Assembly: GCA_009914755.4 (NCBI GenBank)
Contig: CP086569.2
Coordinates: 4,416,001 to 4,480,000, forward strand
Direction of reading: 5' to 3'
Source of the DNA: the human T2T-CHM13v2.0 reference genome, Homo sapiens
Length of the DNA stretch: 64,000 nt
Numbering within the stretch: the stretch's first letter is position 1; each line of letters starts with the position of its first letter. Shown here one piece after another: positions 48,255 to 62,554 of the stretch. A program made the position numbers and the translations under genes. The notes beneath the pieces were generated by a model that saw nothing but the letters and a program-made list of their open reading frames with translations, was not told where the DNA came from and searched no databases.

Positions 48255-49996
48255 CATCCATGTGCAAAAATTACTAGCATTTTTATACACCAACAACAGT
48301 AAAGCTGAGAGCCAAATTAGGAATGAATTCCCACTCACAATTATGATGAAAAGAATAAAATACCTAGGAATACAGCAGACCAGGGAGGTGAAAGATCTCT
48401 ACAAGGAGAACTACATACCACTGCTCAAAGAAATCAGAGATGACACAAATGAAGAAATAGTCCATGCTCATGGATAGAATCAATATCATTAAAATGGACA
48501 TACTGCCAAAAACAATGTATAGATTTAATGGTATACCTATTCAACTACCATGGACATTATTCACAGAGCTAAAAAATTTTTTTAAATTCATATGGAATCA
48601 ATAAAGAGGCTGAATAGCCATGGCAATCCTAAGCAAAAGGCAAAGCGAAGGCATCATGCTACCTGACTTCAAACTATACTACAGGGCTACAGTAACCAAA
48701 ACAGCACGGTACCAGTACAAAAGCAGACACATAGACAATTGGAACAGAATAAAGTTTCCAGAAATAAGACCACACATCTATAGATCTGATCTCTGACAAC
48801 CTGACCAAAAAAGGCAATGGGGAAAAAATTCCCTATTCAATAAGTGGTGCTGGCATAACTGGCTAGCCATATGCAGAAAATTACAATGGGACCTCTTCCT
48901 TAGACCTTATACAAAAAATTAACTCAAGATGGATTAAAGACTCAAATGTAAAACCCAAAACTATAAAAACCCTAGAAGACAACCTCGGTAATACCATTCA
49001 GGACACAGGCACAGGCAAATGTTTCCTGATGAAGACCTCAAAAGCAATCCCAACGAAAGCAAAAATTGACAAATGGGATCTACTTAACTAAAGAGCTGCA
49101 CAGCAAAAGAAACTATCATGAGTGAACAGACAACCTACACAATGGGAGAAAGTTTTTGCAAACTGTGCATCCAACAAAAGTCTAATATCCAGCATCTATA
49201 AGGAATTTAAACAAATTTACAAGAAAAAAAACGAACAACCCTATTAAAAAATGGGCAAAGGATATGAACACTTTTCAAAAGAAGACATACATGTGGTCAA
49301 GAATCATATAAAAAAGCTCAACATCACTATAAATAGAGAAATTCAAATCAAAACCACAATGAAATACCATCTCACACCTGTGAGAATGGCTATTACTAAA
49401 AAGTTGAAAAATAAGTGCTGGCAAGATTGTGGAGAAAAAGGTACACGTATACACTTTTGGTGGGAGTGTAAATTAGTTCAACCATTGTGTAAGACAATGT
49501 GGAAATTCCTCAAAGACCTAAAGACAGAAATACTATTCAACACAGCAATGCCATTACTGTGTATATACACAAAGGAATATAAGTCAGTCACTCTATTATA
49601 AAGACAAATGCACACACATGTTCATTGCAACAGTATTCACAATAGCAAAGACATGGAATCAACCTAAATGTCCATCAGTGATAGATTGGATAAAGAAAAT
49701 GTACATATTAACACCATGGAATACTATGCAGCCATTGAAAGGGATGAGATTATGTTATTATTATTATTTTTTTTTGCAGGAACATGGATGGAGATGGAGG
49801 CCATTGTCTTTAGCAAAATAACACAGGTACATAAAACCAAGCACCACATGTTCTCACTTATAAGTGGGAGTTAAGTGATGAGAACACATGGACACATAGA
49901 AGAGAACAACAAACACTGGAGCCTATTGGAGGATGGAGGATGGAGGGTGGGAGGTGGGAGAGGGTCAGGAAAAATAACTAATGGGTACTAGGCTTA

Positions 49997-50400
<404 letters not shown>

Positions 50401-52050
50401 TTAAAAAAAAAAAGAGAAAAAGAAAAAAAAGATTATTTGCATCACTTGGTGAAAAAGAAAAATATCTGGGAAGCATTTTGTCTTCATGTTTGTAAACAAG
50501 TTTAAAACTTGTTACATCTTAATAAAGTCAAGTTGAGACATGCAAGTCCATTTGCTTAATATTAGTGCATTGACCTAGGGACAGAAAACTAAAAAATAGT
50601 TAATATTTGACTGTACTCATATACTGCCACTGGTTTGCAGTGGGACAAATTTGTGAAATGGAAACATAGATGGGTGCCTAAAGCCTGACAATCTTGAATT
50701 ACCATTCAAAAGTACTTTAAAACCATCCTAGACAAGACTGTCTCATGTAAAAGAAACAAAGATGGGTGAATTCTACTTCTGAAATAATTTTTTTTGTTCT
50801 CTCCTCTCCTCTTCCATCTCATGGCCCTTGCATCCATGACAGGTGTCTATTACACAGTGCCAGCAGCCTCCTAAACCAGTTATTCAGCCTACCTCTATGA
50901 CCTCCCAGCCCTCACCTCCTTTGTGCATCCCCCCAACTCAGTGCCAGCAAAGAAACCTTTCTATAACGCAGATGCTTATGTCAGGCCTCTGCCTAAAATT
51001 ACTTATTGACAGAGGCCTAATACCCATAGATGAAATTATAAAATACTTAGAGTGATATGCAAAATCACTTAGAGTAACAGAGAAGTCCCTAACTTCTAGT
51101 TTTCTCTCATACCACTTTTTCTCATGAATCCTATACTGAACTGTTAGCTGTTGCCTAACACCATTATTTTTTTTATATCTCTGCACCTTCATGTACATTA
51201 TTCTGCCGGTCTAGAATGATCTTCCCTTCATTCCATAGTTACCAGCTACCCTTGTTTTGTGGCTTAATCATTACCTTTTATATGAAAGTATACCCAGATG
51301 CTGCTTTTATATAAACAGAAATACAGATGCGATGTCTGTGCTCTCTGAGCTGTCTATATATTGATTTTAACACATTGCATTTCAATTGTCTATGTGTTTG
51401 TCTCCTATCAGGTTTTGAGAGTTTTGAAGACAATGACCATATCTGATTCATCTTGAGAACCCCAGTTCACAGCAACTCAGTGTAGGTGCACAGTCAATAA
51501 TTTAAAATACAATTCAGAATACTGATATGGTGCAAGTAAACAGAAAACTAACATGGAACAATGAAACGATGATGAACATAGGCTCAAGGCAGAGTCTGTT
51601 TTCCCTTTTTTATACTCCTATAAAAGGAGAAGGATTCCAATTTTGATAACATGACTGTAATTAGTTAACAAAAGGATACAGGGAACAGTGTAGCCTATTA
51701 CAATAGAAAAATGCATGCCCTAAAATTAAGGCATCTCAAAGTACATGTCTTTTTATTAGATAGTTTGTTGGTTTACAATTTAAACTTTGGTGGTTTTAAA
51801 ATGTAAACTACTAGAAAAATCTTCTTGTGGTTTTATCAAATATTTAAAGGTGAAGAAAAATAATTTGTAAAATGGTTGAGTTAAATTAGACAAGAATGAC
51901 CCAGTTGCTTCCACCATTTAATAACATTCACTGTCTATGTACATGCTTTTTAATGTTTTTTTCCTCCCACATTAATCAAATGCTAGGAGATAGGGCATAT
52001 CGAGGCCATAGCCTACCTAAGCACTAAATGCCATTCGCACGCTATTCACT

Positions 52051-52222
52051 TGTTTTATTTTATTTCATTTTTGAGACGGAGTCTCCTTCTGTCGCCCAGG
52101 CTGGGATGCCGTAACAGAATCTCGGCTCACTGCGACCTCCACCTCCAGGGCTCAAGAGATTGTCCTGCTTCAGACTTCCTAGTAGCTGAGATTACAGGCA
52201 TGTGCCATTCCCAGCTAATTTG
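52051..52222 (-). mobile_element. 5'-truncated Alu (right arm only), with a 9-10-bp TSD gctattcac
   Basis: The reverse complement matches the Alu 3' half (..ttgagacggagtctccttctgtcgcccaggctggg..ctcggctcactgcgacctccacctccagggctcaag..gattacaggcatgtgccattcccagctaatttg). TSD copies at about 52041-52050 and 52223-52232. Confidence 0.65.
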
Positions 52223-55200
52223 CTATTCACCTTTTGATTCCGGAGAATCAAAGGTGTCCTGTTGAGCAGTCTTGTGCGAATGAGAATCAGGTCTTGAATA
52301 AGTTGCTCACAAAATCCATGCCAAACTAATCTCCCAATGGCTCCCAGTGATCACAAAGGTCTTTTACACAAATCTCTGCAATGCTTGACTGACCTCATTG
52401 GCCTCCTTCACCTCAGTAAATGGATCCATAGGGGCATTTGCCTTGTATTTAAGGAAAGAAAGAATCTTTCTGAATTTGGACTAAATGCCATAAAATCTCT
52501 GTCATGTACAAATGGAATAATTATTGCAGCTGGGCCTATGGGCCACTTCTTATTAAGAAAAAATCATTTATTTGCAAGAGTTCTAAAAACTCAAAGCATT
52601 TAGATCGTTCGTACTGCCACATTTCTATTATTAATCATCCACTATAAAACCTGCTGAAAGAAACATGTCCAGTGTTTTCTTTTCAGTTATCTAAAGTAAT
52701 GATAATATTTGTACTAATTCTAGACATTGAGATACAGTAATTTTATACATTCTAAGTTTTTAACAACACGTTTCAAAGGTGTACATGAGAAGCAAATATA
52801 TTGGAAATTAAGGAAACAGTAGTTAATCACATCTCAATCATTTTACCACTATTTCTTTTAAATAAATACGTATATAATGAAGTTAGTACAGGTTACTATT
52901 TCAGAAAAAAAGAAGAAATATAAGATATTTCTTTGGATGTTATTTCTAATTTTATCTTATGATTCTCTTGAGTTTAACGTTTTAAATTATTATGCATTTA
53001 TATATTTCCTGATCTATTCAGTTTCTATATACTTGCTGCCTTAAAAACCTGAGCTAGAAGTGACTTTTAATATTAACTTTATTCTATTTAGTGTTTTTAT
53101 TATCAATTTTCATGATCTGCATTCAAAGGAGAGAAGAAAAAGGGAGGCTGTGTGTAAATGACAAAATATGAATTCTTAAGTTTGAGTCATCCTTTATGAC
53201 ATTAACAATGAAATGAAGAAGATGTCATTAAACAATGGGCTAGAAGTGAAAAGTTTAAGAGTTTTCTTTTCCACTTCGCCTCCAACTGATTTTGTGCCTT
53301 AATAGCCACATCAGCAAAAATGGCATTATTGGCTTCTCATTTCCCTGGATAGTGGTAAAATGTAAATTGCTGATGGCTAGCCTGTGAGATTCATAATTTG
53401 TACCAGGTAAAAGGAAAAGGGCCAAGGACCGTATGGATAAGGTAAGAATGTCTAGTTTTAAATCAAAATACATTTGAAATAATCAGAGAAAAGAGTAAGA
53501 AAACAAGATATTAAAAAGCAGAAAGTATTCATGAATTAAACCTCCAATTATGTGCTGGAGTGAATACTATCATTTTAGTGTACATGTCTACTTTTTTTTA
53601 AAAAGATCTCCTCTCTAGTCTCTACTGTTGCCTGAGGATATTCAATGTTTGGAAAGCTAGAGTTGATATTGTGGCACAGGACTATGAATGGCTTGCTGTA
53701 TAATCAGGGAAGAAGTCTATAAGATTATAAAGATTTGCACTGATCTATGTTGAAACATATATATTTATATATGTAATGTTCCTTCAATAACTACAAGGCT
53801 CCAATTACACACAGAGGTGAGTTTTGACAACATAAATATGATGAAAGATAAAATATTTTGAGAATAAAATTACTAGGGTCTGATGTCTATATATAGGGTG
53901 ATAGACAATCTTTTTTACTGTCTTTAAAATAAATTATATTCTGACAGCAGTAAAATATTCTTCTTTCTAGAAACAGGTGATTTTCAGTTCTAGTATTTAG
54001 ATTATTTGTCTCTACTGTATCTGAAAATCTTCAGGTAGTATTTTTTTTCAGAGATCTATTCAGACTTTAATGCCCACAGGGAGAAAAAGCACACTGCTTT
54101 GGGCTTCGTTCCTATTTCTTGTTTTTCATTAAGTATGAGTTGTAAGTGAGCAAGAAACCCTATTATATCTGAGTCAGTGTCAGCGATCACATAATTATTT
54201 GCCTGATTACTTTTCAATTTTATGTTTTTAAGCATTTGCTTCCTCAGAGGTCTTCACTTTGCTTTGTCTAAGATTTGGAAATGAAAAAAAAACATGTTTT
54301 CCTATTTCATAAATTAAAAAATTTCCTATGTGTATATCATAAATTGGAAAGAAATCCAAGTTACCACTTTATCCTGTGTTCTAATGATAATACTCTTATC
54401 TTTATACTAAATTTGACCTCTAAGAAAGAGACTAAAAAAGAATACTGTGGGCAGCCTTTGTGATCTAAATCATTCCAAATTACTTAGTTATAACAAAATC
54501 ATATATCAGGCTTTACTTTAGTAAATGAAATATTCCCATTATTAGACAACATCATAGCTATAGGCTTTCAAAAAATTAGAGTGAAATTTCTGCTGTAATT
54601 AGCATTTTATAAAATTAGAAATACAGTTCTTTAGTTGCTAAAATGATCTTCAACATTCTTGTTCTGTTAAAATCTTTCTCTCATAAATTTCTAGAGAGCA
54701 TATATGAGAAAAGAATACGGCAAAATAATATCTGGATTGCATTAAAGTGAATTATAGTGGATTTAATTTCATTGTAGCTCTCTTTCCAATCCAGTCATAC
54801 ATTACATGACCTAACATAAATTTTGTGGTTTTAAAAGTTGTTAGCTTACAAGATTCACAGCAAACACAGGTGGAAATTTCTGTTCTGGAAAAAGGATAAA
54901 TTCACAAAGTAGATTAGTTACAGCAAAATTTAGTTTTTAAAATAAATTACCAAATGCCATTTCTATCTCTGATAGTCAGAATGTGTCTGTGATTATACCA
55001 CTTAACTAACTGTTTCATAGTAAAATAGATTTCATTTGAAGGTTGTGGTAAGATACAATTATGGAATCATTGGCAATTATGTGCTGCTTTAAGGCACCTG
55101 TGAACAAAAAAGAATAAATGAGATTAGACATTCAAATCTTTTCAAGCAGTGGATAATTTTCCCATTATCCAGGGTTTCTTTTTAAAGACGTCTCTACTCA

Positions 55201-57004
55201 ATAACCCATTTTTCTAAATGTTTATAGCCACAGATAGAACAAAGAAAAATCATTTGTATCTTATTTATACAAGAATTTTGTCCCTAAAGATATTTATGAG
55301 AAAATGAGGTAAATAAGAGTAGTCAACATACACCAAAACACTGTATGATATATAGTTAAGATTCCATATTACAAAACACATTGTTTACAGTACTATGTTG
55401 AAGTTTCCAGGTCAACATAAAATAACATCTCAACCAACATAACCATGTGTTTATGGGGCAAAATACCAATGAACAAAACTTTATGAAATCTACTGAGCTA
55501 TTCAGTACATTTAAGGTACACAAAAACAATCATTTGTTCCAACATTGTTAAGTGTCTGGTAGTGGAAGCATTTAACGAGAAAGTTAATGAAGGGGACCTA
55601 CAATGTCTGATAAGTCATTTATGAAGAGAAAATGCATTAACAGCTGGGTGATGGCAACATAGGAGCTGTGCAGAATTTAAATCAACACACGTGACAGCAC
55701 ATCTGAAAAAGGAAATACAGTATCATAAAATTCCATGTGTCAGAAAGCATGTAGCTCAGACTTAGGCCTGTCTATGGTAAGACAAGCAAAATTCCAACAT
55801 AAGGGTTTACTGTTAAGGCAAGGTTAACACAACACAAACCATGATACATAGACATTATTTATGGTCTACAGTGAAGAGGACACGATGGAGTCTAAATTAT
55901 GAGGGCAAACAAATCAAAATTATTATAGAAACCGTGTGCTTATTTTTAACTTAAGTTTATTCTTAAATTATGTGGTGATCAGGTGGAGGGCAAAGGACAG
56001 CGAAACAATAGGTGTTTTCATTCTGTGCCCTTCTCCAAAGTTCTATAACCTGGTAGAAATAGAAACAAGGATTGCTACTTCAGACCCTCACTTTCCCCAA
56101 GTTCTCTATCATAATATATGAACCCCGAAATGTGTAATTGTTGTTATTTTTAAGACTGCATGTTTCTTCTGTAGGGATTTTTTATTTATAGCAAACTAAG
56201 ATTTTTTATTTCTATGTTAAGAATTTCCTTGTAAGATTTGTATTTGGTAACAATGAAAGATTCTGCCTTGTCTGTAGAAAAGATTTCCATAATATTCTAC
56301 AACTGATTTTAAAGATGGAACAGCCCAGTAAACAATGGGCAATATATTTGTTTATCTGGCATTCAATAAGACATGAATATCCTTACATGAATAAATCACT
56401 GCAAGTATTCTTTACAAGAAATCTATCACCAAATATGGGCCCCTCTCAATATATTCTAGTGGTATCTTGAAAAAATATTAACAACATTGAAGTTTGAAGT
56501 TATGCTCCTGGAAAACACAGATAAATTCCACCTCCACACCTCCCGACCACCATCAAATTTTCGTATTCTAGGAAATGACTTACCATAAAGAAACGCCCTT
56601 CTCCATGTGACTTGGATAAGACTAGCAGATGACTCCCTTGGCTACCTATGACAAGGGCAGAAGCATCCTCCAAATTCCCATTCTGTGTGTCGTATATGAT
56701 GAGCCGAACTGTTTCTCCAAACTGATCAATTTGTACAAATTACCCACTAACTTGACTTGATCAAATTTTAGTCAGGCTTCCTCCCTCCTCTGAGAAATCT
56801 GAAGTTTGGCCAACCTTCGGCACAAGCCAGCATCAAAGCGTGAACAGCCAGCCCGTCTTTAACAGTCCTTCTGAAAAATAGGCTGAGCATAAGAAAAAAC
56901 ATTGCCTGATAACCTGTCTATTCAAGTTACCTGTTTGTTCTACTCCCTTACACCGAGTTTCCTCTAGCCTTGTTTACTCCTTATTTTTAAAAAGACCTCC
57001 ATAG

Positions 57005-57161
57005 GGGGAGGGGGGAGGGATAGCATTAGGAGATATACCTAATACTAAATGACGAGTTAATGGGTGCAGCACACCAGCATGGCACGTGTATACATATGTA
57101 ACTAACCGGCACATTGTGCACACGTACCCTAAAACTTAAAGTATGATAATTAAAAAAAAAA
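57005..57161 (+). mobile_element. Severely 5'-truncated L1PA insertion (terminal about 150 bp of the 3' UTR plus poly-A), with TSD aaaagacct
   Basis: ggggagggggggagggatagcattaggagatatacctaatactaaatgacgagttaatgggtgcagcacaccagcatggcacgtgtatacatatgtaactaaccggcacattgtgcacacgtaccctaaaacttaaagtatgataattaaaaaaaaaa. TSD at 56992-57000 and 57157-57165. The extra ccata at the 5' junction is untemplated. Confidence 0.85.
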
Positions 57162-60100
57162 GACCTTTATGTTTGACCTTATAGAGGCTCAAGGTTCGCA
57201 AATCTTTTACCCAATTGCAATGGTCCTACCCCCCTTATGCAGCAGTCTTTTCCAATAAAGTCTCTTCTTAACCAAATACGGATTTGTTTTTTATTTGGCA
57301 ATAGTTAGACATCTCACTGAGTACCCTCCCACCCTCAGGGATGACTATTACAGACATCTGCTGAAAAGCAGAACATTCAGTCAACCTTGTGATATTCTGT
57401 GTTCCATCATTCTGGCAAGCTACAGTATTTCTCCTTCAACAGTCTATCAAAAAATAAAATGGTTCTTCTGTCAGGTTCTTGTAAAGGGATACAGCCTATA
57501 ATTAAATACTTGGCTCAGCTCACATATGTATGGCAGAATTTCCAATAATGGTAAGATTGTTGCTGGTAAAGAAACTAAATGATACCACACAAAACGAGGA
57601 GAGAAATATTCAGGCATCCAGATGAGAAATGTATACTTGGTTGTATGCTTGTTGTTCATGTTTTTTTTTCTATGTAATAAAAATTCCAATATTTCTGCTT
57701 TAAAACAGTTTAATTATCTTACAAAGAAATAGTCCTATGAAGAAATGGACTGCCTTAACAAAAATATTGTGATGACTGGAATGATTTAATTTTTGCTACT
57801 CTAAGTAATTCATACATGGAAAAAATAACAATTGCTCGTAACTATTAATTACTTTATTGTCACAGTGTTCATCAAGCTTACAAAATCGTTTTACTATTCC
57901 CGGAATACTGCTCAATGATTTCTCCAGAATTGGTGATTAAAGCATTAGGCCAGAATTGTGGAAATGAAACCTACAGTGGAAAAACAGTAGTTTACATTTT
58001 TTTGTTTTCATCTTCAGGGTATATTACTGCACTTCAGACAGAAAAAAAATAGCTGTGGCCCATAACCAATAAATAAAGATAAACCATTGTAGAGTTAAGG
58101 GAAATCTATCAGTTGTCCTAGAAGAAACTACCCAACAACTCCACATTTTTCTTGTTTGACATAGCTAACAAGGTAAGTATCTAGGAGAAAAACAGTTTTT
58201 TAGTGACCACTAAATGTTTACAGTTTCTTAGCATAGTTAGGAACAAACAGGGAAAGGACGTGGCGGTGCTATATGCATCAGAAGGGCCAATGAACAAAGT
58301 AAATTAATGGTGAACCTATACTTCAAGTTTCTGTTCTGACATGAAATGACCTTGTAAGCCATCACTCCTTATATCAAGAAAATGCTGGACAAACAGAAAA
58401 TTAACAACCTTTTAAATAATATGTAATTATTATAATATAATTTTAATATTAAATATTAATAATATTTTAAAACTTTTCCAACAACAGGAAGCGAATTTCT
58501 CCTCACTATACCAGTATAAACTTCCCAAACCGAGATGCAAAGAGAAAAAAAAGAATAAAAAAAAACAGAACAGAACTTCTAAAAACTGTGGGAGTATCCA
58601 AAGGGTTTAGTAATATATACCAGTAGAAAAAAGAAAGGAAGAACTGGGTTAAAAAAAAAAAAAAAATTTGAAGTCAAAGATCTAACCACCTTTGCAAAAT
58701 CCTAGCCATTTCATTGATGGATTCATTTATTTCTTTATCAATTCATTTTTTTAAAAAAAAGATCTGTGTGGTACTACTGTATAGACACTAATGGTACAAG
58801 ACTGAGACATTGCTTTGAAGAACAATGTTAAAACAAAACAATACAAGAAGTGAATAAAGTAACTGCAGAGTATAAATTATGTTCTGTGAAGGAAATAAGC
58901 AGGACACTAAAATACAGTAGTCCTATCTTTTCTGCAATTTTGTTTTCTGAGGTTTCAGTGGTGCAAAAATAGTCAATGGAAAATTGCAGAAATAAACGGT
59001 TCCTAAGTTTTAAAATGCACACCGTTCTGAACAGCATGATGAAATCTTGCACCCTCCTGGGTCAGTACTGCCCAGGATGTGAATCTTCCCATTGTCTAGT
59101 GTATACATGTTGTAGACCCTGCGGCCCATTAGTCACTTAGTAGCCATTTCAGGTATCAGATAGAAAAATTATAGTGTGTATAAGGTTCTGTACTATGTGC
59201 AGTTGCAGGCATCTGCTGGGAATCTTGAAGATTATCCATTTTGGATAAGGGGACTACTGTAGAGAGCAAAGTTTTGGGTAAATATTTCATTTGGGGTGAT
59301 TAGGAAAGGTCACTCTAAAGATATGACATTCAAACTGACACTTAAAGATGAGACAGAGCTAGCTGAATGGAGCATGGAAGAATAGAATGCGATCATTCCA
59401 CGGGTTCATTAGTCTCAATTATGCAAGTTGTTTCTTCACAGAGTATGAGCCAAATTCCTATATTACAGTGGTTTCTATACTTTTGTGTCATTTGTCTTTT
59501 TGAGAAATGCCAACTCAGGTGTCAAATCTTCCCTGGATCTGCTCAGTCAGAATTCAGCTAACCCTTTGTTACGTTTCCAAAACATTTTGCCTGTGTTTCT
59601 GTTGTACTACCTACATTAGCCTTCAATTGATAGTCATTTGAGTCTCCTTCACTAGACTTTCAACATTTTGTCATCTTCCTTTTTTTCAATCCCCCATGGA
59701 AACAATAGTGCATTGTAATGGAGTAAGTGTTTGCCAAATGAATGTTCACATGTGCATGTGGACAAATGAAAAAATAAACTAGATATAAACTAATGAAAAT
59801 AATAAATGCCTCTGTAAAAGCTTTGTTTCTCTATTTTTCGGTAATTCTTGTTGGAATTCCCTAAGTCCTTAGGTTATTATGTTTCTAGTCAATGAGATGT
59901 TTCTTTTAATTAATTAGTAACTCAAAAGTATCTTACTTTTTATGTCTTTGGTATAGGTAAATATTTTAACAAGTCTCTTTCATATTTTTATTTTGGAAAA
60001 AAAGTAGGGAGGGTTGATTATTTTCAGGATCATGTTTTAAAATAATTACTCTAGCCTTGCTCCTGCTTAAAGGTATTTCTTCTGAAAAAGATTTCAATCA

Positions 60101-61095
60101 ATTGTCTATGTACACTATCTTGTCTATAAATACTATAAATGGAACTAAAGTGGTCTATTTAAACTAATTATAACCTGTAAAGCAAGAATGAAAGGTTATT
60201 ACTTTAAGTTAATTCAGAGACTGAAAATTTCACAATTAACAATTGACATTTTGTAATTGCTGAGTTTGATATGTGCGTTAAGTCACTATATTCCCTTTAT
60301 AACAACTTTAATTCTATCTCAAGGAGACTATATGTAGAATGGGTTAAGTCTGTCTTATTTAGTCTGTTTTAACCTCCTACCTTGATCGTCAGTCAGTCAA
60401 GGGGGGGAGGGGCTTTATCAGGTAATTATGTGATGTAAATAAGGTTTTATTGGCCATTAAAATGAGACTACCAACTCCTTTTACTTAGTCTCTGAATAAC
60501 AAACAGCATGTAATAATTTGCTAGGGATATGACGCTGGGCATCATTGAACACAAATATACTCAACAGATGATGTGCCATATGGTTTTGCCTTCTTCTACA
60601 ATGAATAATTTACACATGACTCATCAAAAGTCACAGTAGAAGTTCATAATCACCCAATACTCACTAAGTAAGTAATATGCAACGTTATTAGGTTGCTTTT
60701 CAGCAGCCATCTTCAAAAACAATAGGAAGACACATGCTCATTATTTTTCATGTGTTATATTAGCTATATCATGTTCAGGCCACATAACTGTGTTTTTTTT
60801 AAAGAATATGTCCACTTCTAATAAATTATGTGTAAATGTTGGTTGTTACAGTTTAATTAGGCAGAGCTCTATTACTGCTCTGCCTAATAAAGTCTTAAGT
60901 ACCATTTACAAATATTCATTAAAAGTTGGAATAAAATCTCCTTTTGAATGAACGGCCATTGAAAGGGCTGGAGCAGTAATGGAAATAAAGCAAAAACACC
61001 ACTTGGTATTCTGCATTAATTGAAAATCAAGTGATAAAAGCAATCATATATGTATTAGAGTGCCCTTAAAAATTGTTTCAAAATGAAAACATGAA

Positions 61096-61236
61096 TGTGG
61101 TGGCATGGGCCTGTAGTCCCAGATATGTTGGAGGCTGAGGCAAAGGGATTGCTTGAGCCCAGAAGTTCAAGGGTGCAGTGAGCTGTGATTGCACTACTGC
61201 ACTCTAGCCTGGGTGACAGAGAGAGACCCTGTCTCC
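61096..61236 (+). mobile_element. Alu right-arm fragment (5'-truncated Alu or free right monomer)
   Basis: ..gtggtggcatgggcctgtagtcccagatatgttggaggctgaggcaaagggattgcttgagcccagaagttcaagggtgcagtgagctgtgattgcactactgcactctagcctgggtgacagagagagaccctgtctc, followed by an (AT)/(CA)-like low-complexity tail. Confidence 0.7.
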
Positions 61237-62554
61237 AAATATATATATACACACATATAATTGACTTGATATAATTTATAAAACTCATGAGAAAAACAAT
61301 AGCCCATTTATGTACACATATTTATAATCTTTCAGTTGTTCTTCTTCCTTCCTGATGCTCCAAGATTATTTCTTTTATCTCTTTAATTGTTTGACAAACT
61401 TCCTTTAGCCTTTAAGAGTAGGTATGCTACAAATTCTTTCAGTTTCCTTTAATCTGATAAAGTTTCTAATTTCCCCTTCATTTCTGAAGAATAGTTTTGC
61501 TAGATATAGAATCTGATGTTAACAATTTCTTTCTTTGATCACTTCCAAATTGTTGTGACACTATTTTTTCTCCTAGAAAATCTGTTTTATGCATCATTCT
61601 CTCCGTATATGTTTTAATAAGTGGTGATGCTCCCATTAACGGAATTCATTATTAACCTAATTTTCTAATGGAGGAAGAGGAAAAATAATTATTGCTTTCT
61701 GTGGAACAAATATTCCTCTATCAACTTATGACCAAATAATAGCAATATAAGAAATCCAGAAACAGTAAAGATTTGGGGTTTATATTTCATGGATGGTGAT
61801 GCTGTTCCAACCTTGTAAAGTAAAACTGTCTGCTTTCCAAATTCCAAAAATTAAAATACTATCCTTCTCATCATACTAACCACTGTCTTTTGTTTTTTGT
61901 TTGTTAGAAAAAGGAATGATTAAAGAGTTATCAATTATGGATATACCATTTTGATTTTGGAGATTTTCACACACAGAAATTATATCAATTGGCCAGACAC
62001 TTATTTTATAGAACAGTTTAAATGCTACACATTAGCCAAATCAACTTATTCCACCCACCCTGTTGGAGTGGGTAAAACCCATACCCATAAAACAACTTCG
62101 CTTCGCAGAATGTGTCTATCAACGATAAGTAGCTTAAATAGCTCTCACAAATAAAGTGTCTGGTTTGGCTTTTAAAATGTGAAAGTCATACATTTGAAAA
62201 GTAAGTACAGTTGAAATTGTAAATTAATTATAATTTGAACCTAATGAACCACGCAAGAAGCAAGAGCTATTAAACCAATATGCTTTGAATTGGTTCAAGT
62301 ACTGATATTTCTGAGCATATTTAGTATATACACATGTATATATCTGGATATCATGACAAAAGAAAAAAAAATTTTCCGCAAAAAGAAAAATATTAAACAA
62401 ATCAAAGTTTAACATGTGCCAGTTGACCATGTGTGAAAATGCAAAGCAGGTATTAAAACTGATATGTTCAATATTTAAAACCAGTTTGTAATTGAGAGAA
62501 CATTTAAATCCTTGATTAAAAAACACAAATGATAAAAATTAGTGGAATTTCTAT

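Noticed and set aside
52337-52603. 88-aa ORF in unique sequence (MAPSDHKGLLHKSLQCL...)
   Set aside because: There are no flanking splice-site or promoter signals I can support. It is short and AT-rich at third positions, and it may itself be an ancient degraded repeat. The coding evidence is insufficient.
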